Assembly (NCBI GenBank): GCA_012295275.1
Contig: CM022670.1
Location: 36,208,001-36,272,000 of the forward strand
Direction: 5' to 3'
DNA length: 64,000 nucleotides
Source of the DNA: Chrysomallon squamiferum
Lineage: Eukaryota > Animalia > Mollusca
Part shown: positions 54,490-64,000 of the stretch, piece by piece
Position numbering within the stretch: position 1 is the stretch's first letter
Layout of the letters: each line of letters starts with the position of its first letter
Notes under the pieces: generated by a model
The model's database searches: none
Told to the model about the DNA's origin: nothing
Seen by the model: the letters and a program-made list of their open reading frames with translations, nothing else
Made by a program: the position numbers and the translations under genes

Positions 54490-57400
54490 TTAGCAATAAG
54501 CACCGTGAATTCTAGCAGCCTCCTGCACTATTGCAGTCTGGTTGCCATAAAGGCGAGTATATGACGACACTTCTCTCCAAACGTTCTCTCTCTGGAAGAT
54601 AATTAAAAAAAAACATTCAATAAAAGTTTATACAATCAGATAAAATTATTAACATCTTTACAAACACACTTAAAATTTATCTCAACAGAAGTCAGAGTGC
54701 TGACTGAAGAAATACTGGAAACAGGACCAATATCAGCCATGACAAACACAGGCACACTATTTTATGAGTCCTTTGTAACTGATTTATCAGAAGCAGTTGT
54801 TTAAGATTTCTGGTTATTTTGATTGTTTGCCACATTTTGGTGGAATGCAATTATTTCACTGAAACAAGGGATGATATATAATATGGAAACATATGTTGTG
54901 GAATCATTTAGAATCCACCCAAATCTTTTTTGACGTTTGTATATTTGTATTGGAACCCTTTTAAAATAAATTTTAAATCTCATTTAAATGTAATAACAAT
55001 ATTTTCCAAATCCTTTACACTGTGTTTTATTTTGAAATTTTAATATTAATTTCTTATTTAATTTTATATTAATAATTCTGTGTGATCCCAATAACTGATC
55101 TCTTTTTCACATTGGAGTGTTGTTAAACATTCCTTTATTTATTCACTCAAGCTTTCTGATCTACAGGAATGTGCATGTAATTAAAGATCCCTTGCTGCTA
55201 AGAAGTATTTGACACGTAGTATATTCATTCACATATCCACAATTTCAAATATATTTAGTAGAAGAACACTAATGTGACTGTTTTCTCATCACTATTAACC
55301 TGTTACTTACATCTGGTATTTTCTCATCAAAGACATCATTTAGTTCATAATGGAAGTTCCAAACTTCCACTTCTCTCCAGCTGTTGTCTGTATTAGCAAT
55401 GTCATCCATGTAGCCCCTGTACAAGATCTGTGCCTTGAAACCAACAGCAGCCATATCCATTTGAAGATGCAAGTATAGACCAGACATTTGCCCCATAGCA
55501 AAACGTCCAAAGTACTAAATAACATTAAACTAGGAGTTAAAAATTCAATATATAAAATGATAACTGTTTCATTTATTTATTTATTTTTTAAAACCTTTTG
55601 TTATCACATTAGAATTATAAGATTATAAAGCATTTTACTTTCAAAATAAGACTGAATTCTTCAAAAACAAAATAATAATAATAAAAAAATATTGTAGAGA
55701 ATATTCAAGTGCTTTACATTTAATAGTGAAGTGTGACCTTCATTTTTATTTATTATGTGAAAGAGAATTCAAGCCATTGTTCTTCAAATAAATATTCTCA
55801 CATCAACCATTTTTAATATACTTCAATTTAACAGTTTCAAAAACATAATTTTAAACCTTTGTCTGGTTATAAATGTTTAAACATACACTGATCATTTCCC
55901 CTTCATCAACTTTGGAGCTGTGTTGTACAACTTGTTCTTTGAGGAGGTCCTTTTTAAATTTCTCCAAAATAACACTGTATCCAGTACAATTTCCATATAC
56001 ATTACCCTGAAACATACATAAAGTTAATACTTTGAAATAATATGTTTATATTTTATAACAGTAATTATTTCTCTAAACTGAATAGTTCAAGCTCATTATT
56101 TAATGTAATAAGTCTATGTCTATCTTGTCACACTAATACAAACAATTACTTCAAATGTGAAACAAAATATAAAACAGGATTGTCCTTTTTCCTTGAATTA
56201 ATGGGAATATAACATAAATATATCCATACATACCCCAGGCAATGAAAATTCTCCTGTATCATGTTTCTGGACCACCATAAATTCAAGTACTTTCTTTCCA
56301 TCAACAACGATGTGATCAAGTGGTTTTCCAAGTGCTGAGTATTTGCGTTTCCATCTAGAGATGATGACAGCCATATGGTGATTTGGTCCCCACCTCCAAA
56401 GTGTTCCTCTGCCTCTCAAGCCAGTTCGACCAAGAGGATTTCTAAATGAAAATATGTCAATGATGTTAAATATTTCTTAACTCATTAAATCCTAAATATC
56501 TAAATGAACTAACACATATATTTATTGTAAGAACAATTTAAACAGAATAATCTTTCATTGAAAGCAACATCTATTATTAATCTACCTTTAACACAAATTC
56601 AAATAAGAATAAAATTATTTTGGTGACAGTAATTTTCATATTTTTTGAAAATGTCAGATTATTAATGATATATTTATTTGTTTAAGAAATGAAACTTTTT
56701 AATGACCAAAACATTTACATACTGTGGCAAACCAGATTTATCAAGCCTATAACGAAGTGGCTGATTATCAATTGATATCCAAGATGTCCTGTCAATCTCT
56801 ATTTGCACATCAGTGTCTTTGATGTAGGTAGAGAACAGCGAGTTCCACATTGGTTCAAACACAGGCAATGGTGGCAAGTCTTCAAGTTCATCAGGACTCA
56901 ATTTTTTTCTTTCTACTTCTTCTTGTCTCAGTCTAAATTAGTTTTAATAAGTGAAATAAAAAACAAAAATATGGAATTAGGTACTTTATTTGAATATATA
57001 AAGACTACATATTAATGGCAAAAATGAAAAAAAAGAAACAAACAAAAAAAATTTAAATAATAATACTTCTAATAATAAAAAGTAAATAAATAAAAATTTA
57101 AATAGTGTTAGATGAAATTTACTTATTTCTGAAAACAGGAGACAAACAGAAAATCTAAAGTACTCACTGAATAATGTCCAAATCAACATAGGCAATAATC
57201 TCTGGTGGAAATTCTTCTCTAGGTCTAGTATACCAAGCAGGATCATAGGCATCATAGGTCACCTGATATAATCAAAACAACATAATGCAAATTTGGTTCA
57301 ATAACAAACATTAAATAACAAATTCAGTGCCAGCAGTTAATCTTTTCTAATGTATTTTTATTTCATATATTCACAAAAGTCATATGATCACTACAATCTA

Positions 57401-60400
57401 TAATTTCTTGAAATTTATAAAGAATTATTAATATAATCTAACATAATAATAATAATAATAATTACCTGCCAAGGTACATATTTATCAAAGATAGGAAAGC
57501 GTTGAATTCTGGTACCAGGGTAAGGTGACTGCCTGGAAGAGATATGGATCATTTTTCTTGGTGGAACCAATCCTGCTGTACCCATTTCTGAAAATAATAA
57601 AATTTTCATTACAAAAGTATCAGCAGAGTAAAATCACAAGGCAAATAAAGAACAAATGTAAAATGTCTAAAAATAAATTATATTTTGAAAATATCATTCA
57701 GTGGAATATAAAAACTTTTTATTTCATTGGCCAAACTTTCATGAAGATTCAACTTTCAAAATTTTATTGCTTTAATTTATTCTTTTCTTTGACTGACAAT
57801 ATATTTTTTGTCTACCAGGCTATGAGATATTTAATGTCCACATTTAAAAACAAAAAACAAATCACCAGTAACCTTAACTACAGCTTTCCCACCATAACCA
57901 CTAGTTATTTATTCTTTTCAGTTATGTGAAAAATAAAAAGTATTAATAATTATTTTTATAAAAATAAAATGAACCTCAAATAATTAATTCAACATAATTT
58001 ATGGCTTTTCAAAGATAACTTATATTTAATTTGATGCTCAAAAAAAAAAAAAAAAAAAAGAAGTAAAGTAAAGACAGTTATAACATAACAATATACCCAA
58101 CCTTTAGCTTCCATTATGTGTTTTATATCCTCCAGCAACAAACGACAAGATGTCAAACTTTTTTCAACATGCACAAGTCGTTCATTTAACTGACGACCAT
58201 TTTCTTTCTGTAGCTGCATATCATCGATTAAGGCAAAGAGACTGGAAAGATATGCAAACATTATTAATTAAAAAACATATATATATAAATATGCATTATC
58301 TTTTTTCATGGTAACTGTCCCTGATGCTTTTTGTTATTTTTATGATTATATAAAATCTTCAACTACTGTCAAAATATATTTTCTTTTCTTTCAGTGAAGT
58401 TATCAAAAGAGAAAACAGTAAATTATTTCCATAAATAGATTAGTTTGTTTCATCTTTAGAAAACATGAAATGAATTAAAAATAATTTAATTATTTCCATT
58501 CTTACGTTTCACTTTGTCTCTGAACTTCAGACTCTTTGATCTGATCTTGTTTTTCTTTCTTTACATAGATTTTAATGCAGTTTTTCCAATAATTATAGTC
58601 CATGGTTCTACGGTTCTTGAAAATGCTGATATTACTTGAAAAATCCTTTAAAGAAACAATGAAATGCAATCTGATAAACGAATAACAAAATTAAAAAAAC
58701 ACTATCAAAATTAAATTTATTTATTCTGTTTAAGAAAATTTGCTTGTTAGCTAAAAATATAAAATATTCTCTATATTTAAAAGATCTTACATTTATGCAT
58801 TAACAACCAATAATTATGGATAAAACATTTTTATAATCCTCTGTTGCTTTAGTTATTTGAAATCATGAAATTATATACACAGGACTATCCAAAAAACATA
58901 TTTAGAATAAAAGAAATATAAAATAAAAAACTTACCATAATATCATGTCTTGGGAGACACCTGGTGCACTTAGCCCAACAAGGTCTGATGACTTTAGACC
59001 AGATAAATGTCATAAGCATGCAGATATAACTAATTATAGTCAGAGGTGGTGGCAATCTCAATCTTTCTTCAAAATCCACAATAAGCCCATAACGCTGATA
59101 TTTCCAGTATTCCAGAGCATGATCTGTTATTCTTGCATTGGTCACACTTTTGAGTAAGAGTCAGTAAAAATATTAGAAATATGCTTAAATGATGTAAATA
59201 TATTCAAATCTATGATATGAGCATTTTCATTTTCTTACCGAAAAAAGGCTGCATTAATTAAACTTGTCATTTAGAAAGATTAATTTTTTTCTTTAATTAA
59301 AGAAGTATTTATTTTAAAAAATTGTTAACACTGATTTAATTAAATTGAAAAAATATAAAAAATAAAAAAGCATAGCCAAGATAACAAAATGCTAAACAAA
59401 TTATAAAAAAAAAAAAAAAAAAAAACAACAACACATTTAATAATAATAATAATAAAAATTAAGAACAAAAATTTGTACCTGAACATGGCATAAAGCAGTG
59501 TTATGAGAACTAGTTTAGTTATCAGGAGGTACTGAATCACCATAAAATATCCACCAAAACTTTCATAGGGACAGGTTGCCATAGTGCTGCGATACTTGTC
59601 TATAAACACAATTTAGTTTTTTTTTTAACATTCTAAACTCTTTTGAACTCCTTCTATCATAATATTGTTTAAATTTCATCTGGTTAACGTTTCAAGTCAG
59701 ATTCTCAATAGATTAAAAGTATGGATGTTGCTTGTAATATTTATATAAGGTCTTCAGAAAGATTACAAATTTCTGCTAATAAAAGATTTAATAAACATAA
59801 TCATTCAACTTTAATTATATACGTCATAATCTGCATTTAATAAAAAAATATACTTACAAGATACACTTCTTTCAGCTGAAAAACAATTCATCAATAAAAA
59901 ATAAATATATTTATTTGAAATAATATTTATGAATTCACAATTTTATTTGTAGTTTATTTTATTTTGCTCAATAATTAAAATGCATAGAAAATGACAGCTA
60001 TGTTTATGTTAAATAATTTATTTTTAAATATCTGAATTAATAATCTTGGGTTTTACAGCAAGCTTTTATTAAAAAGAACAAGAAACAACCAAACCCCAAA
60101 AAGAAGCAATTCCTATTCCAAAAAAGAAATTTAAAAATTTTGATAATTTATCCAAATATATTTAACTTAGCTTATTATATTGTATATGAAAAACTTACGA
60201 TGACAGGATCCTACTGTTCTGTTCTCATACAAATAAGAGCAGGTATTGTCTCCTGTAAAATAAGATTATTTTTTCCACAACATGAAAAGTTCTATTTATA
60301 AACTACCCATTATATCTTTACATTTCTGATTTGACTCCAAAAATGTACACTGTATTCTTGGTTTTTCTTACATTTGATAGACACCTATTTGGCTAAGCAT

Positions 60401-63400
60401 TTTTAAAAAATGTATAGATAGAGGTTTTTTTATAGTTTTATTGTACTATTATTATCTGATAAAAGGAAAAAATATTCTTGAGGAAAAAAAAAGAAGTTAA
60501 ATATATTTTTTATTGATTAACTCTTATATTACATACCATCTAGATCATCTATTTTTGTAAGGAACATGGCAAAAAATGCTCTGGCTAGTGCTTGCTTGAT
60601 GCCTTCCACATTCAATGGATAACTTGGATACAACACAGCATGTATTGTGATTCCACCAGAAACCATAACAATCAGAAACATCCTGAACCAGGTGGAAAAA
60701 TCTTTACTAACCTGAAAGTTATATAAAATTAGCAGTCCATTTTGGATAACTACTTTTAAAATTTTAGTCAATATAAAACAATAATTTGTTTTAATTTATA
60801 ACTTACATTCTGTGTTACAAACACCATGATAAATCTTATAAATAATATAGTAGAACTCTAATAAAATTTTAAAACATTTTTAATTAATACATAATTAAAT
60901 GATAAAGAAGGATTCTTTATGTACTTAAAAATATTTGTATTTCCTTCAAATAATATAAATTCTATATAGGTAAACATACCATTTTCTTAATGCGAATCAA
61001 CATGGGTCCAAGAGTAGGGCTAATTGGCAAAAAAACAGCCATGGTTCGGTAGTAGAAGAAGAGAAGACCAATACTCATTATAAACTTGGTGGTCATATAG
61101 TCCACATACTCAACAAAGTGGGGTATGATTCGGAAAACAAGATACAGAATCAGAAATAACAAAATTAGCATCACTTCAATGTTCGTCCAAAAAATAGGCA
61201 CTTCTGGGTGTTTCTGAAAGCAAGAATATTTTACAGGACATTTCATTTTACAGTAAACAAATGTTTTATATTTAAAATTCTATATTTAGCTTAATTCTAT
61301 AAATTCTGACTTATGAAGTGAAATGAATAACAAAAATATTAAAAATCAAAGCTGAGATTCACATCAAATTTATTAGGCTTTCTCTCATTCCACTGAACTC
61401 GGTAATAAAACTTAAATAATGTACTACATGTACATTTCCTAACTTACCCATTTCTTAATCCAAGTTCTTCTAACCAGTTCTACCCAAATGATGAAAGTCC
61501 AAACAAACACAGCCAAATTTAGATGCAAATCTCCACAGGATGGCCACAGTACAGCCACACTGAACAGAATCAGGAAAAACACATAAAAGAGCTGAAAAAA
61601 TTTAAATATTCAGATTAAGTTAACAATTCTAAGTAACAAGTATACTTGTAATATTACATCTATTACTTTTTTACTTTAAAAAAATTAATTAATATTAACA
61701 AACCTGGTTCACCCAAAACTTTGTTATTGGTGCACTCCACAAATAGAAGATTTGTTTGTAAACCGGTATCTTCAGACTTACTTCACCTCTGTCGATCAGA
61801 TTTTTGAACGTGACTTTCATTTTGGATTCTTTTCTCTCCTAAACAATAATTTAAACATTGTTAAACATTTTTAAGAAGTAGACAATTAGGTAGATGGAAA
61901 CCTATAAATAGTAAACAAATTATAAAAATACAACAAAGAACTTCATTAAATATTTGTAATTATTTATATTAAAGTATTTAACAATTATCCATGTTAATTC
62001 ATTATTAAATATTTCTAAAACATACAATGTGTATAAAGAAATATTTACTCTTTTTCTTTTTTTTTTAATACCAGGTAGCAACACTGCACACTTAATTTAA
62101 CAAAAGAACTTATTAAGAAATGTAAATACTGAAAATACAATGCCTAACAAATTTTGATATTTTTCTTTCTAAACTGCTTTGGTAGAAAAATATTACAATA
62201 CTTTTGTTATTTTAATATGACCTTCTTTTGTATTGAAATTGGTTGCAGCAACATTGTTTTCTCAACTTTCTCCTCTTCTTCTTGATCATCCTCTGAAAAT
62301 GTATGAATATGTTTATAATATAAAAAATATATTTCTTTACAACATAAATATGATAAATGAATTACTGCATATATTATAATTAATTTACCAAATTTAGTGT
62401 AATTAAAATTTGTTTCAAATCAAAGGTGCTGATTTATCCTATATATCCTGGAAAATTAAAAAGATGTTTCTAATAAAATATTTGATTAAAATGAATAATA
62501 AAATCTCACCTGTTTCAAACTTTTGTTTTACATTCTCCAGTGGCACAAATGCAATCCATATAAACATGGGGAAAATTAGGAAGGCACTCAAGTATATCTG
62601 AAAATGTACAAATAAATATATGTGAAATGGCTGTTTAATTTTTATTATTTTTAAACTGATACATAAATCTGTACACAAATTACAGACAACTAATGTCAAA
62701 ATGTAAGTGTAAAACATTTTTCTTCTATATTTCTTCAAAAGTTTAATTAATAATGCCAAATAATAACACTTCAGTGATTGAGTATTTATGTTCATTAAAT
62801 TACTGACATAGATATATATATATATATATAGAAAGAAAATAATATTTTACAAACCTTAAGCCAGACTGGCAGTTTGATGCGACCTCCCCAGTCAAGTTCT
62901 CGAATCTGAAGACAGCCCAGCCATTTCTGTGCCAGCCATTTCTGACAGCAAGGGTGTGCTATGAAAAACTTGTTGTTTCCCATTTTGGCAATTTCAACCA
63001 CTGTTTTGTTATTGAAATCTGAAAGTTTTTTGTTCAGTGCATGGAATGCTTGAATGCTAGAATCTTCATAGCATAAATCTAGCATACTGACAGCCATCTT
63101 ACCAAATTCCCTTAAAAATCAACAACAGATATTGAATTATGCAGAAAACTTTCAAAGTAATTCAGTGGTTTAACTTAACTGCATGAAATAAAAAAGAAAA
63201 GATAGGATAAAAAACAAAACAGATGATCAGATAACAATATTATATTAAAATGCAAAAATATAACACTAAAATTATTTAAATTTAAAATATTTTTTTTTGC
63301 AAAAATTGTAATTCATTTAATAAAAACATTAAATGATTAATACTAAAACAGAAACATTTTATACTATTAACAGTATTAATTTGAGACATACACAGCAGTA

Positions 63401-63573
63401 GCTTTTAATTTTTTCTTCATGTCAACATCTTTGCAACAATCTTTGGCCAATCTGTGAAGTAGCATGCTCACTATTAATGCAACAGCAATAGGATCTTCAG
63501 ACTTTTTCCAAAATACCTTAGCTAAGATTGGCCTATTAGTGAGAGCTGCCCACAGTACTAGTGTTGTTGTTGC
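54490..63573 (-). CDS. TRPM-related cation channel with a C-terminal NUDT9-homology domain (TRPM2-like architecture; TM motifs best resemble TRPS/soromelastatin, CED-11-like); 5' part lies beyond the right edge
   Basis: Exons in transcript order: 63573-63392, 63110-62855, 62597-62510, 62292-62222, 61838-61704, 61591-61448, 61213-60980, 60711-60537, 60252-60199, (59875-59858), 59599-59479, 59146-58936, 58645-58506, 58241-58102, 57587-57466, 57262-57168, 56932-56723, 56441-56234, 56006-55887, 55514-55311, 54591-54490 (TAA). Motifs: LVLWAAL..LAKVFW, KFFIAHPCCQKWL, SAPITKFW, ISPTLGPMLIRIKKM, TRP box YWKYQRY..LPPPL, a coiled coil, and NUDT9-like SRQSPYPGT..VPW, NPLGRTGLRGRG..WGPNH and YRGYMDDIANTDNSWRE. 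Confidence 0.9.
59858..59875 (-). CDS. 18-nt frame-preserving microexon of the TRP channel (outer pore loop)
   Basis: The minus strand reads ttgtttttcag|CTGAAAGAAGTGTATCTT|gtaagta. Both splice sites are strong, and the phase 1/1 matches the flanking exons. Confidence 0.7.
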
Positions 63574-64000
63574 CTATCAAACAAAATAGCTACATAACAC
63601 GAAAATACTAATAACGATAAACATTACAATCAATCAAAAATCATTAATGGTAAACTTTAAAACATAATTTTAAAAAAATAATAATTTAATATATATTTTT
63701 TTTTCATATTAAAAAATGTAAAAGAAATATTTTAGAGTATTTTAGGGGTAACTTGACAAGAGCTACAAAGACCTACAACTACTTAATATGTGAATTCTAT
63801 GACCAACTAAAATATGTTCAGTGATTCAAATTTTTTAAATTTTAAGGAAATAGCATAAAAATTATTTTAACAAATACAACAAGAATTAAAATAATAATAA
63901 TTTTTTCCTTGGATAAATGTGCTGTTTTACATATAAACATGTTTAAAACTTTACTTTGCATAAAATAAATTAATAATAAAACATTCAAATAAAATTTAGT

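Overview
AT-rich animal genomic DNA with GT-AG spliced genes. It is probably a mollusc or other lophotrochozoan (inference from gene content). There are five protein-coding loci. (1) The first coding exon of a minus-strand polypeptide GalNAc-transferase-like gene that runs off the left edge. (2) Its head-to-head paralog, a complete 11-exon GALNT10-like gene (4131-10318). (3) A 3.6-kb uninterrupted coding stretch of a C2HC zinc-finger gene, split into two overlapping ORFs (15701-17131 and 17128-19344). The junction contains both an in-frame A_AAA_AAT -1 slippery heptamer and an ATGATG start-stop-start overlap. (4) A complete CEP135/BLD10 gene with 24 coding exons (23631-50333). Its 12.7-kb intron sits at the position that yields CEP135mini in human and holds a candidate hidden 57-nt exon. 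(5) The 3' part of a minus-strand TRPM-related channel, most like TRPS/CED-11, with a degenerate NUDT9-like Nudix box and an 18-nt pore-loop microexon. Minisatellites, hairpins, microsatellites, a degenerate MITE and a CTCF-like site are also present. All exon calls were read by eye, and family assignments rely on remembered motifs, not database searches.
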